Assembly (NCBI GenBank): GCA_951406725.2 | Contig: OX597816.1 | Location: 154,070,001 to 154,134,000, forward strand | Length of the DNA stretch: 64,000 nucleotides | Reading direction: 5' to 3' | Origin: Octopus vulgaris | Taxonomy: Eukaryota | Shown: in pieces, positions 51,761-64,000 of the stretch | How positions within the stretch are numbered: position 1 is the stretch's first letter | Layout of the letters: each line of letters opens with the position of its first letter | Notes under the pieces: generated by a model | Seen by the model: only the letters and a program-made list of their open reading frames with translations | Databases searched by the model: none | Told to the model about the DNA's origin: nothing | Position numbers and translations under genes: made by a program

Positions 51761-53064
51761 GGTATAGGCACAGGAGTGGCTGTGTGTGTAAGCAGTTTAC
51801 TTACCAACCACATGATTCAGGGTTCAGTCTCACTGTGTGGCATCTTGGGCAAGTGTCTTCTACTATAGCCTTGGGCCAACCAAAGCCTTGTGAATGTAAG
51901 TTTGAAGGGATTGCTGTTGTTCTAGTAGTTCAAATGTGACTGATACTGGGGTATGTTCTATGCCTGTTAAGGTTATATATATAATGTATGTGGTAGTGAA
52001 GCATGGGCTTTGAATGTAGAGAAATTGCAAAGGTTATAAATAAATACAGTGAGCATGCTTAGCTGGTGTACGAATGACCCAAGAGAAAAATTGTAAGAGG
52101 AATTAGATGTAATAGTCAAGAGAGACGACTGGGTTAGTATGAGCATGTGATGCATATGGATGAAAACTGCTGCATAAAAAAGTGCTGAGTGTTCAAAGTG
52201 AATGGTGTATGTGGAAGAGAAAGACGTAGAAAAATATGGAATAAAGTGATGAAAACTGATCTTGAGATGCGGAACTTTACAAAGGAGACAACAGCAGACC
52301 ATGATAGTTGGTGACATGCAGTGATGGAGAACATCCACATTCTCATGTAAAGCAGAATACTAAAATGAATAGTGAAGGTAACTGAGATACTCTTGCTGAA
52401 CTTTTCCCTTTTTCCCCCACAAGAAGAAGGAGAAGAATGTTGTGTATAGTTGACACCTCTTTTAATAATACCAGTGTATAAAAGCCAACAAAAGAGCTCT
52501 ATATGGTCATTTAACCTGCTAAAAATAGCAGCCAAATTCTTCCTTGTCACACACAAATACAATCTTAAAAATGATATACAAAAAATACAGGATGGTCATA
52601 ACAGGTTAGCCTTTAATCAAGGCAAACCTAGGGCTAAACAACAACAAACAGTTCATAAAAAAAGAAGAAACAGATATTTTGTTTATTTCAATCTGACATA
52701 TAGTTTTAGATAGTTTTACCAGATGGAAAGACTTTAGATCCAGAATTGAAGAAAAATTTTCTTTCAAAAATTCATTCTACATGATTGATAAATTATGATT
52801 TTTTTTTACTTTATTGAAACAACTGTTGAAACAATTTAGATATGAATCATATGTAAAATTTCTATTGTAAATGTTCATTCTCTTTTTTTTTCTTTTATTG
52901 ATTAAAAAAAAAGGAAAATAATTTACATTATAAGCTCATCAAATTTCTAGATGGTAAATCATTTCTACCTGCATTCTTCTAAAAGCGAAAGTAAAAGAAA
53001 ATTGTAAAAAAGAATGTGTGTGTGTGTGTGCATGCACATATAGGTGTATAAGTATACTTATATA

Positions 53065-53068
<4 letters not shown>

Positions 53069-53107
<39 letters not shown>
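53069..53107. repeat. (TG)n microsatellite
   Basis: Direct reading; other tracts include 62495-62518 (TG), 56924-56972 (ATG), 5707-5728 (CT) and 1665-1690 poly-A. Confidence 0.9.
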
Positions 53108-53109
<2 letters not shown>

Positions 53110-53167
53110 GGTGGCAACAGTCAATCTTCCAACTGAACCCAGAAAACGGTGTTTCCATTGGGTTTTT

Positions 53168-53361
53168 TTAATCCTTTAGCATATAAAATGGCCATATTTA
53201 GCTGAAATCTGGTTTCTCACATCTACCTAAAATGTTATTCTAAAAATAGACAATCACATCATCAAAATCTTGAAGCAATGAGATAATCCATGATTAATTA
53301 AAAACAAGGTGAATAAATAAGCATCACGTTTGACAGAGTAAGCTGAACACTAAAGGGTTAA
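53168..53361. mobile_element. MITE with TTAA ends (piggyBac-like termini)
   Basis: TTAATCCTTTAG ... CTAAAGGGTTAA terminal inverted repeat. Confidence 0.6.
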
Positions 53362-54526
53362 ATTGCTGATACTATCTGTCACAAAATCTGACAAAAGTGT
53401 TACCACTTTTCAATGACAGTACCAGATTTGAACTCAGAATGAACAAAGTAGAAACAGATACTGCAAGGCATCCCATCTGATGTCCTAACAATTCAGCCAA
53501 TCCACTCCACTCCACTGGATGGCTACTATTTTTACCAACTCCAAACGGATGAAAGACAAAGTTAACCTCAGTGGGATTTGAATTCAAAGTGCAGAGAACT
53601 AGAACAAACACTGCAAGCTGTTACCTATAGCACTCTTCCAATTCACCTATGCACACACACACACACACACTGCAATCATTCTGTTTTTCTGTCAAATAAA
53701 AAATATTTAGACTCTGCTGCCTCAGTGAGGAGTTCTTTTATGTATGTATATGTGTGTGTGTGTGCACGCATATGCAGATTACAAACATTTTAATAACTTA
53801 AGCTGCTTAAAATAATATATCATTCTCTAGAACGCAGTGTTCATGACAAAGGCTGTAGAACACTGAATTTCATACATGATCACATCTAATTTGGGTTAGT
53901 CCAAAGATGAACAGCTGTGACCATGACTGTTTTCACAACCTCTGTGACTGCTGGAAAGAAGAGAGTATGTTATTCTCAGACCAAAGACCAGGAATGAACT
54001 CCACAACACATGGGCCAAGTGGTCATGTTAAAGTAGATAATGAAGAAAGTCTACCATCCATGAACAGGGACAGTCCCTTTGAAGGGATTCCTTACACTTC
54101 CAGTTTCCAAATACCACTCACAAGATAATGGTTAATCCTGAAGCTTTATTAGAAAACACTGGTCCAAGATGCTATGCAATGGAATCAAGCTGTTAGCTAT
54201 ACAGTTATCAAGCAAACTTCTTGACCATACAGCTATGTCTGCACCTTTGTTCCAAGCCTGTGTCCCGTTTCAGAAAATATTAATTTTTCTTCTTTTTCAT
54301 CAACATTTAACGTCCATTTTCCATGCTGACATGGACTGGACAGCTTGACAAGAACTGGCAAGGCCAGGGGCTGCAACAGGTTCCATAGTCTGTGGCTGCC
54401 CTTCCTAATGCCAATCATTTACAGAGTGTAGTGGGTAATGGTGTCAGTCTCAAATCCCTCTCCACTTTTCTACAAAAAGAAAAGATATAAACCTGTGACC
54501 TAGTTAAAAGAAATCAATATTTTAGT

Positions 54527-54932
54527 TTACTCTTTTCTCTCTTTTTTTTACTTTTTACTTGTTTCAGTCATTTGACTGCGGCCATGCTGGAGCACCGCCT
54601 TTAGTCGAGCAAATCGACCCCGGGACTTATTCTTTGTAAGCCCAGTACTTATTCTATCGGTCTCTTTTGCCGAACCGCTAAGTTACGGGGACGTAAACAC
54701 ACCAGCATCGGTTGTCAAGCAATGCTAGGGGAACAAACACAGACACACTTATATATATATACATATATACGACAGGCTTCTTTCAGTTTCCGTCTACCAA
54801 ATCCACTCACAAGGCATTGGTCGGCCCGGGGCTATAGCAGAAGACACGTGCCCAAGATGCCACGCAGTGGAACTGAACCCGGAACCATGTGGTTGGTTAG
54901 CAAGCTACTTACCACACAGCCACTCCTGCGCC
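54527..54932 (-). mobile_element. Full-length, well-preserved tRNA-derived SINE (octopus-type)
   Basis: Head GGCGCAGGAGTGGCTGTGTGGTAAG...GGTTCCGGGTTCAGT (A and B boxes), internal (TA)/(TG) tract, AGTAAA-type repeat tail; decayed relatives at about 21215-21380, 33160-33320 and 51765-51900. Confidence 0.85.
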
Positions 54933-55536
54933 TATTTTTTTTCCAATTTTTTTGATATAAATATCTTAATAACCTTTACAGGTATGCTTTATATGATGCC
55001 TTCAGCAATACTAAAGTCTCATATATCATTATTAAGGTTCTATTAAAATTGCATTTGCAGCAAAACATACTCAAAATGATTTTTTGTGTGCAAACAATTC
55101 CTGTTCAGTAACTTTTCCATGAGACCTGGTGAGAGAAATGAACCCATAGATGTACATTTAATAGCTCTGCTTATAAACAACAGAATTCTTTATAACTCAT
55201 GATTCAGTAGTTCAGTGGCATATTTATTTGACCATTTCCTTCTCTATGCCAATCAAATACACCTGAATTTATAACAAGGATAAAGATATAAGTCAATAAT
55301 AAACAACCAATGATACTTTACTACCAATATTGTAGAGCTAAAAACCAACCAGACATAATGAATATTAAATTATTCTGTTGTAGCTGCCTAAATAGATTTG
55401 TTGTAATCCATTTTGTTGATGTAATAGGGTTTCAAATGAAACAACAACAAACAACAACATCAAAACACATTTTTAAATAAGTCTTCTCATCAATAATGGA
55501 CAAAAGATATAAATACAGAATAATGTTTGTTCTTCA

Positions 55537-55658
55537 TCAATCCAGCTTGAATGAAAATCCAAGGGATGAAAGCCAATCTTGCTTCTTTAAAGTGAGGTTA
55601 CCTTGATTTGCAATGGCTTTAACCTGGCTGCAATTTTTGTTGTCAGATCCAATTGAAC
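55537..55658 (-). CDS. FAM185A: FAM185A-like terminal exon (GSIGSDNKNCSQVKAIANQGNLTLKKQDWLSSLGFSFKLD*)
   Basis: Poly-T followed by TAG acceptor; TGA stop at 55537-55539. Confidence 0.9.
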
Positions 55659-58600
55659 CTAAAAAAAAATTTTAAAAAAAGATGAGGAAGGAAATCAGAA
55701 AATCAGACTTCTAATGTTTTCTTCTTTAGATGTTTTATATCTAACTTCTTGCTAAATAGAAAAATCTTCATAACTAGAAAAATATTTTTTTCTTCTGGTA
55801 TATATGATTACAAATTTCAAAAATGTTATTTATAGGAAGGTAATAAAAAAACAAAAGAAAACAAGCACCAACTGCTAATCTGGTTCCAGGATGTTATTAT
55901 ATTTGCTATATTATTATGGCATTTCTTAGACACAAGAAAAATACCAAAAAGGTGACTGGATATTCTACTGTAACTAGTTCAATACCTAATAGTTCAAAGT
56001 TCAAATCCAGTCACATTTCATGTAAAATTTCATTCCTTTAATGGGAAGTCAATAAAATAAATACCAGTGTCATACTGAGGATTATATTGTCCAAATCATG
56101 TCAACAAGGACAAAGGGGCACTAAAACAACGATTCATTATCATCATCTACAACAATTAATTAATTAATGTCCATTTTCTATACTGGTATGAGTTGGATGG
56201 TTTGACAGCAAGTAGCAAGCTCCAGTGTCAACTTCAGCATGTTTTCTATGGCTTAATGCTCTTCCTAATGCCATCCACTTTATCATGTATACTGGGTCTT
56301 TTTTTTTTTGCCACCAGCACAAGTGAGGGTGCCATGTAACTAGCAAGACAGGAAAAGAACAAGAAAAGGCAAAGGAAAAAGCCCACTCAATTAAGTGGCT
56401 TTATGTCAGGTGTTGGGGTTTTAAAGTATGATAGAGGGACAAGCACAGGTGTTTTGCAATAGTAAAGATACATGGCTTATTTACAAATACCTGTTTAAAA
56501 CTTTTTCCCCATTATTCTATAGTTTTGTTCTCAAAATTAACCATTCCAGTAAACTTACTGAACTGTGACTATATTTGATGCTTTGTATTGCAGTTATCAA
56601 TTCAAAATTTGGCGAACCAAAAAAATTTGTGCTTCTTATTGCTTTTAATAATTTATAGATATAAAACATTTATACGTGCAAGTATACTTACCCCGTAATT
56701 CCATGTGTATTTGTGGACAATCCAAATGTTTCTCACCAACAATTTTTTTCTCCACTTTCTCTGACAGTTCTGAAAAATCTTCATCTAACTTTATTTTTTT
56801 TGCATTAAGGTCAAAATTGGCCTTCAGTGTTGGACATAATCCCAGAATAATGTCACCTTGATAGAAAATGAGAAAGAAGTTCCCTTTTATAATAATTTTG
56901 CTCATCATTAACCTCTCCCTCCTGATGATGATGATAATAATGATGATGATGATGAGAATGATGATGATGATGACAATAACAACCAAGACATTTTCAGAGA
57001 TGAAAGATTTTCTAAAATTTATACCTGCACTACCTTTCAATTAATTTGAGTTTTCAAGATATTACAAGATATTACCAGATATTAAACTGATCAAGACAGG
57101 TACAAATATCAAAAGAACTTTTCATATCTAAAGACAGGTTTAATGGTGCTTTAAAAGTTATAATCTGAATAACAACTCATCTCATTAAATCAAGTCCCTT
57201 CTAATTTTTAGTTAAAAAAAAACACAGTTTATACAAACTTTTAAAATTTAGACACATTAAGAAAATGTACAAGATTAAAACACAGATGGCAACTGTTCAA
57301 AACAACATAGTCAGTATCCAAAAGAGGAACCAGTGCCCATGACAATCCCAGAGTAGTTAGTTCAATGTGACTGATGATCAGCTAAAACTGATGCCATATA
57401 GTGGTATTGAATTTGAGACCTCGTGATAGTGAAGAGAATTTCTTAACCACCTGGCCATGCTTGAATCCATCAAAACACACACTCACTCATGCATACACCT
57501 ATATATACTAGTCTATATATAGTGAGTTCATACTGTATACACTAACACTGAAACACACATTTCAATAGCACACAGATACACACACAAATGTATATATCCA
57601 AGCACACATATTATTTATACATAATCTGAAGACTTCAGTTTCTTCACCTAAACGCACACACACACATATGCCTTAACATTAGACACACATATACATATGT
57701 ACATACATAATTTACTTCCCTGTTGGTCTTGTGCATATGAAACCTCATTTCTTCTGACACTCCTAGTCCTTCAACTTCTGCCATTTTGGGTCTAACACCA
57801 ACTGATACATATTCCTCTGTTTCTTGCTTATTCTTTTCTTCCTCTACACGTTTTCCTTCTAACTTTCTAAAGAAGAGCTTAAACTCAAGTATCAAAGATA
57901 TCTCTACTTTATTAATTCCTTGCCATGTGTCAAACTGCATTATTTACACTTTATCTTTACTTTACCCTCTGTGGTGTTAATCTTGTTATATATATACATA
58001 TATGTATATATAAAATGTACAAGTGAGACAAAGTCCTTTTCCTTGTCTGAGATGGCAGTAACTTTGAATAATGGACTTCAAATGCAACAGCCATCTAATG
58101 TATGCCAGTAGAATGAGTGGACATAAAAAGACGATGATGAAATATATGTGTGTGTGCATATGTGTGTATGTATGTGTATGAGTGTGTGTGTGTATTTAGA
58201 ATATCGGTGATGAAGAGCAGATTGAGAGCAAATAAGTGCTACTATCTCATTATGGTGAGGTCAATTTCACCATTTCTTCTTATGAGGTTGATAAAATAAA
58301 TAGCAGACAAAACACTGGAACTGATGTAAAAGAATTAAAGACTAAATTTGTATATACCTTTATGGTTTTCAACTGATACATTCTTTGGAGTGTTCGTTAA
58401 TCCTATATCCATGTTTCCTTCATCTGTAGTACCATCAAGATGACCTTCTAAGTTTTCTGGAATTAAAGAAATTAGTGAAAATATACCTCACATCTCACAT
58501 TATTTACATCATGGAAGAACCATTTAATAACACACTAAGCTGTTAAACTTAGTTTAATGTAACAATGACACATGTATGGAATCATCATCCTCATTATATA

Positions 58601-61600
58601 TCGGTCAGTTTGCTAGAACGGTGACAGTGAAATCACTGACTAAAAGTTGTTAAAAAATAGTTTATTGTTTTCTTTTGAAATTAGAATTGTTTATCAATAG
58701 TGTCTTGCAACATAGATTACAATTTGCAATGACAAAAGAATTATTTCTGTATAGGAAAAATTAAATTATTCACTTCTGAGATGAACTGATGCAAAAATAG
58801 TCTATTCTAATATTTTTGAAGGGTTTTCAGTTGAGAGTTTTTCCATGCTGTCACATATAGGAACGCTCCGAGTTCAAATCCTACTGATGTCAACTTTGTT
58901 TTTCATCCTTTCAGGATCAAAAAAATATTACCAATATAGAGCAATGGATTGGTGAAACTGTAAGAACATTGGATCAGATGCCATGCAACATTTATCCCAG
59001 CTCTTTGTATTCTAAATTCAAGTATCTTGTCATTCCTTACTTAATCCATCATTCAGTTGAACACTATCAGCCACTTTGGTATCTTTAGCTGTGAATATTA
59101 GGGTACTTCATTTTGCATTGCCTTTAAATACCATGAGTAAAGCAGCTGACTATATTTGTCATACCAGAGAGTGGGTCATAAATAAATACTTATAATTATT
59201 CATACAATTAGTTATACCATTAGAAACCAACAATAAATGCTTACTAATTTTCACATTTCCTTCTTTCATGAGTATCATTGTGTCTCCATGACAACTACCA
59301 ATACTGAGCTGGGCTCGAGCACTGGCAGTTAAATTGCAGGTATCAGCATAAATATTTTGAATATCCATAGTGCCACCACCCACACTGCAGTGAATGGTCT
59401 GTCCTTGCAGACGGTCTGCTTTGATAATCTGTAAGTATACGAAAACAATTGAAAAAACACAAAACATCAACCTGAAATGAGGAAGACAAAAAGAGAGCTT
59501 AAGCTGCTGGAGAACTTCTGCTAGAAACAGAGGCCAAGTCTCTCTTAAATTGCACTTGACTGTCTTTAAAATAAGAACATTTCGGATAATGTAATTAGAC
59601 AGAATAGAGGTCAAAATTGAAACAACTTTGGTTATGGGCTGCCTCATTCAGTTCTGATCTGAGACTAAAAACAACAATATACCTGCAACACATCAGCTTC
59701 ATCAGAAACATTTTTCTTCATTAACACCTGCTCTTTTTAGTATCTTCTAAGGTAGGAATTTGCATAACTATGATTTTTTGGAACCGTATACTTCCAAGAG
59801 GACTTGAGATATCATGAAAATTTAATAATAATAATAAGGAATATAAGAGATGTTATGACAATATAGCCAGGCTTGTCCATTGGATACTTTGCAACAAGTA
59901 TGGACTTGACAGAGCAAAAAATTGGTACAACCACAAACCTGAAGGCATCGTTGAAAATAGAAATGCAAAGATCCTATGGCATTGAAGGAAGCAGAGGATT
60001 TTATGCATGAATTCCGTCAGCTCATTACACAATTGTGATGAAAATGCCCAAAAGAACCTATGTAACTGCAGAGGAAAAGAAAATACCAGGCCACAAGCCT
60101 ATGAAAGATAGGCTAACTCTTGCCTTTTGTGCCAATACAAGTGGAGACTTGAAGACTAAGCTGCTGATTGTCTACCATTCTGAAAATCCATGAGCGTTCA
60201 AGTCACGCAAAATCCTGAGGGAGAAGCTGCAGGTCATGTGGAGAGCAAATGTTAAGGCCTGGGTTTGAGTCTGAGACACCTGCAGTTGAGATAGTATCTC
60301 TTTGCAAGTCCATGGACTTCGAGGTTGACAATGGGGGCATTAATGATCTTGTCAAAGAACACTCGGAGAAGCTGACAATGGATGAAATCCTGCAGCTTTG
60401 GGAGCAGCAGCATTTGGATGAGGTGGAAGAGACTAGAGGAGGATATTGTAGCGGAGAAGGCTATCTCTAGGAGAAACATAAAAGCAATGTTGGTAAAGTG
60501 GCAGTATGTTTCTGAATTTGTAGAAAAAAACCATCCTGGAAAAGTATCTACAGGTCATGCAGCTGATTTATTTAATGACTCTGCTCTGGTGCATTTTGGT
60601 AACATTTTGAAAGGCAGGAAAACACAGAATTCTCTTGATATGTTTCTAATGAAATGACTTGCAAGTGTGAAAAGTGAAGAAAGTGTGTCCAAAAAGCTGA
60701 AATTAAGCGAAATGAGAGAGAAAACACCAGAAATTGTTCTTCCTGAAGTCTCAACGGAAGGAAATTCTTCTTCTAAACAATAATCCTCCTCCTTTCTGCT
60801 CCATCATTTTCCTCGGGCACAAATTATCCCATCTTTAAGGTAATTAAATTAATAAAACCAGTTTATATATTTCTTTTACATTCTCTTTTATTAAGTTTTC
60901 ATAATTGCCATTTTCTTTGTAATTGCACCTTTTTCCTGTTTTAAAACTCATAAAAATGATTTTTGGGTGGTTTTGTGGGGCTGGAATGGATCAATTATAT
61001 TTTAATTAATATCAATGGGGAAAAGTGATTTGTAAAATGAGCTTGGTCAATGAATGAATTAAACTTGTACTGCAAGGTATCATGTATATATCTTTTTGAT
61101 GTTAATCTAATGGCCATTAAGCCTCATTGATTAATCATATGTAATTTAACAAATGTACTTGCCCCTTGATTTTGACATTTTAGTCGGATGTTCCCTTGTA
61201 ATACTCCAGAACTTTCTATGTCTCCTTTAACACAGTACACATCAACTTCACAAGCCTGGAAAAGAAATCAACAGAAAATGAAAACTGTAATAACAAAATA
61301 TTTCAATCATGGAATATTTGAATGGCCTGGATGGAAGTAGCATATAAGTTTAGGTAAATATTTTTGTAAATGCAATAGTTTCAACAAACAATGAATGAGC
61401 AGAACTTAGAAATGAAAAGTGATAAAAAGAAAATCAATTTATATGATGAACATGAGTGATAGGAAAAAGAAAATTTATAAATATCTCTCATAATACCAGC
61501 AGCAGGCTGAAGTCAATTTGATTTATATCTTTACCATAAAAAGAGTCTTTTGGCTACACACAGATGTAGAATAAAACATAATTTCCTGGTAAGCCAAATC

Positions 61601-62237
61601 CTTGAACAGATTTCAATACCTGGGTATAGATATTACATCGACAGAATGAACTGAAGGTAGCTGGATCATAAGGTATCAGACAAACAATCAAGAGAATAGT
61701 AGTGCACATCCTGTCATAAGTACTATGTTGTATACATGACAAAAACATTTAGTTTTCAATTGCTCAAACTACTTATGCCATGCATGGACAGACCCAAGAA
61801 GGGGGCCTGAGGGGCATGTGCCCTACTCAAGAAAAAAAGTACACCCTTCTAAATAATATTATGCCCTTTTCTCCTGGAATTGTATTCCCTTCTGACCTTG
61901 TGCCCTCCCTTGGAAAAATTCCTGGGACCACACCTGCCATGAACCACCTTGGGAAAAATATCTTTTATTTTCCACTGCCAAAACTCAGAATTTACGCAAG
62001 AGTGAGAAATCATTGGAAATTCGAGCAGCTTTCATGATAGTAGTGATGATAGTTATGTGGTAATGAGGATGGTTATGATGATGATGATGGTGTCCATAGC
62101 ATTTGTAAAAGTAATTTCTCAACAAACCTTAATTTGTGTCAACAGACATTTTCCATAGTGAAATTTAACATTAATTTTATCTCCTTCCATATTTTGTATT
62201 GAAACATTAGCTTTCCCAGCAACTTGAACATTAACAG
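55537..62237 (-). CDS. FAM185A: FAM185A-like (DUF4097/adhesin-like beta-repeat) gene, 3' six exons; 5' exons apparently outside the window
   Basis: Exons 62128-62237, 61163-61255, 59245-59428, 58358-58456, 56692-56856, 55537-55658 join in frame. Beta-repeat motifs (SIQNMEGD, LQGNIRL, DRLQG, IGSCHGD, EGNMDI, HKGDI) and the C-terminus GNLTLKKQDWLSSLG match my recollection of FAM185A. Confidence 0.88.
56692..56856 (-). CDS. FAM185A: FAM185A-like exon (GDIILGLCPTLKANFDL...MELR)
   Basis: TCAAG acceptor, G|GTAAGT donor, phase 1 to 1. Confidence 0.87.
58358..58456 (-). CDS. FAM185A: FAM185A-like exon (NLEGHLDGTTDEGNMDIGLTNTPKNVSVENHK)
   Basis: TTCCAG acceptor, G|GTATAT donor, phase 1 to 1. Confidence 0.88.
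59245..59428 (-). CDS. FAM185A: FAM185A-like exon (IIKADRLQGQTIHC...EGNVKI)
   Basis: TTACAG acceptor, A|GTAAGC donor; lies inside ORF 59159-59647. Confidence 0.9.
59837..59979 (+). mobile_element. R4/Dong-like RLE retrotransposon fragment
   Basis: KEYKR.YDNIARLVHWILCNKYGL...WYNHKPEGIVENRNAKILW. Confidence 0.65.
59985..61086 (+). mobile_element. Tigger/pogo DNA transposon, internally deleted, inside a FAM185A intron
   Basis: MPKRTYVTAEEKKIPGHKPMKDRLTL..CAN.SGDLK.K.L.VYHSENP.AFK...WRAN.KAWV, then DLVKEHSEKLT.DE; TIR-like end near 61061-61086. Confidence 0.85.
61163..61255 (-). CDS. FAM185A: FAM185A-like exon (ACEVDVYCVKGDIESSGVLQGNIRLKCQNQG)
   Basis: TTTTCCAG acceptor; phase-0 donor GGG|GCAAGT (GC donor). 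Confidence 0.82.
62128..62237 (-). CDS. FAM185A: FAM185A-like exon (VNVQVAGKANVSIQNMEGDKINVKFHYGKCLLTQIK)
   Basis: TTTTTCAG acceptor, AAG|GTTTGT donor, phase 1 to 0. Confidence 0.85.
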
Positions 62238-64000
62238 CTGAAAAATAAATAATAAATTGAATGTGTGTATGTGAGAGAGAGAGAGAGAGAGCATGTGTTG
62301 TTGGTGGTGTTGTTATGGTTCAACCTCAGACTGACTTTGATTAAGCAAACATATGATCTAGCCATGAACAACCTGCCATTTTAGGAGTATCTAAAGTTGC
62401 ATTTTTTTAAAGATGTTAAAATGAGATTTGAGGAAGATTTGGCAACTATTTCTAGCAGGTTGATTGATTATACAACAGTTCCCTAGTTGGCCTCTGTGTG
62501 TGTGTGTGTGTGTGTGTGAATTTGAGAATATGCATAAGATATCACTTTATTATAAAATGAGGTGCAAAATGAGCTTGAAGTATTAAATAGCACCAAATTA
62601 TTCATTTATTTAATACCAAAGTATTATGAAAATCTTATGTGTATACCTAATATCTAAGTTAATTGGGACATGCAGAATTAAGTATGCAGTTCATAGTCTA
62701 CATCATGTAATTCCTCACAGACTTGAACTCTATTCATAAGTTGTTAATACAATATCTAATTCACCTCAAGGATCCCTGTTTCTTGTGAGCATGCCCTGGC
62801 ACTTCACCACCATCTCTCTCCTGCTCTCTTGCACTCTCCCTCTTTCTCTTGCTCTCTTCCTCTAACTCTATCTCTCTGACTGGTTAACCATGTATCTCCT
62901 CTACAGCAACACACCCGTTACTGGCCTCAATCTTCATCACTCTTTCTCTCTCTCTGATCAGGTAACCATGTATCTCCTCCACAGCAAGACACCTGTTTCT
63001 GTCTCCCTGTCACTCTAACCTTTCATCATCTGGCACAAGATTAATTCCTCTACTCCCATGTCTCTCAAAAGGTCTTTGCTTTGCAAGTTACTTGGTGACC
63101 TTGCCAGTGCTGGTGCCATGTAAAAAGCATCCAGTCTACACTGTAAAGTGGCTGGTATTTGGAAGCGCATCCAACTATAAAAAAGACTATGCCAAAACTG
63201 ACCTCGTCTTTGCTGGTGCCATGTAAAAAGCACTCAGTTCACTCTGCAGAGTGGTTGGTATTAGGAACAACTTCCAGCTGTAAAAGAACCATGCCAAAAC
63301 AGACAGCAAAACATGGTGCAGTCTTCTGCCTAGCCAACTCCTGTCAAACCATCCAACCCTTGTCAGTGTGGAAAGCAGACGTTAAATGATGAATTAAATA
63401 AAAATAAAACTGAGTCAACACGGAAATCTCCATGCAGATATTTGATCAGATAGAGATAGCAGCCAAATCTACTGAATCACAACCTACCTTTCTAAAAAAA
63501 GAAAGGGTATATTAGATAGTGGGTGAAAACAGGGTTGTGTGGTTTAGAGGTTTGCTTTGTAACTATGTGTTTTGAAGTTCAAGCTCCACAGCTTTTGGTT
63601 CCCTGGTGAAGGGACTGTTACTATTATTGTGGAACTGAACTTAATCTGTTTTCCAGTCAAACACAACCAAATGGCCATTTGTTGCTTTTAGTAGAATCTA
63701 TCCTGTAGCAAGCATTTGGGCCTGTGTCTGGTCTATGGATAACTTCCTTCCTCCCACTGCTCTCTGAAAAAAGACAAGAGGTAATGATTAAGCCATTAAA
63801 AAGTCCTAAATATATTATGGGTAAAAAACAAGACACCATAGAGACAATTGGAATGCTTTTGATCATAGATCTATTGGATCAAGGCTGACTTGGGGCTAAA
63901 CATCAACAGGGGAAATAAAGGTAAAACAAGTAATAAATGATATAAAAGTTCTACATTCTGAAATAAGTAATTCATTTAGACAAACAAGGTCTTATTCTTC

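Noticed and set aside
52969-52978. 10-nt minus-strand micro-exon (TTTTAG|AAGAATGCAG|GTAGAA)
   Set aside because: There is no gene to attach it to, and such matches are expected by chance in AT-rich DNA.
54860-54932. tRNA gene
   Set aside because: A and B boxes are present but there is no cloverleaf, and the sequence continues into a SINE body and tail.
56857-57040. Poly-Ile transmembrane segment in ORF 56645-57040
   Set aside because: It is an intronic (ATC)n microsatellite upstream of the true acceptor at 56857.
63657-63866. ORF as an upstream FAM185A exon
   Set aside because: It overlaps a (CAA)n-tailed repeat and shows no FAM185A-like sequence or fitting splice sites.

Overview
Eukaryotic, AT-rich, repeat-dense genomic DNA. 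It is most likely from an octopus: this is an inference from SINE/LINE families I recognise as cephalopod-type, not a database match. Three protein-coding loci can be built by hand. (1) A complete 8-exon NUDCD3/NudCL-like gene on + (13634-34859, 1038 nt CDS, 345 aa, all splice phases consistent). (2) The last six exons of a FAM185A-like gene on - (55537-62237); one intron needs a GC donor and the 5' exons appear to lie beyond the window. (3) An uncharacterised 235-aa single-coding-exon ORF on - (43787-44494) with apparent UTR introns on both sides. A possible fourth, divergently transcribed gene starts with an ATG-only exon at 7227-7229. The rest is mostly mobile DNA: two decayed CRE-clade (RLE-endonuclease) retrotransposons in tandem, many RTE LINE remnants (one nested with a 12-bp TSD), mariner, Tigger and R4/Dong remnants, Nin-domain and other tRNA-type SINEs, MITEs and microsatellites. 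The most interesting observations are the CRE-bearing block that looks foreign, a minimal hammerhead-ribozyme-like fold upstream of NUDCD3, inverted repeats bracketing NUDCD3 exons (possible circRNA or ADAR substrate), a 15-mer shared by two putative promoters, the GC-AG intron and the orphan ORF. I found no CRISPR array, rRNA or true tRNA gene, and nothing I can claim is a proven new system. Repeat boundaries are approximate; exon boundaries were counted base by base.
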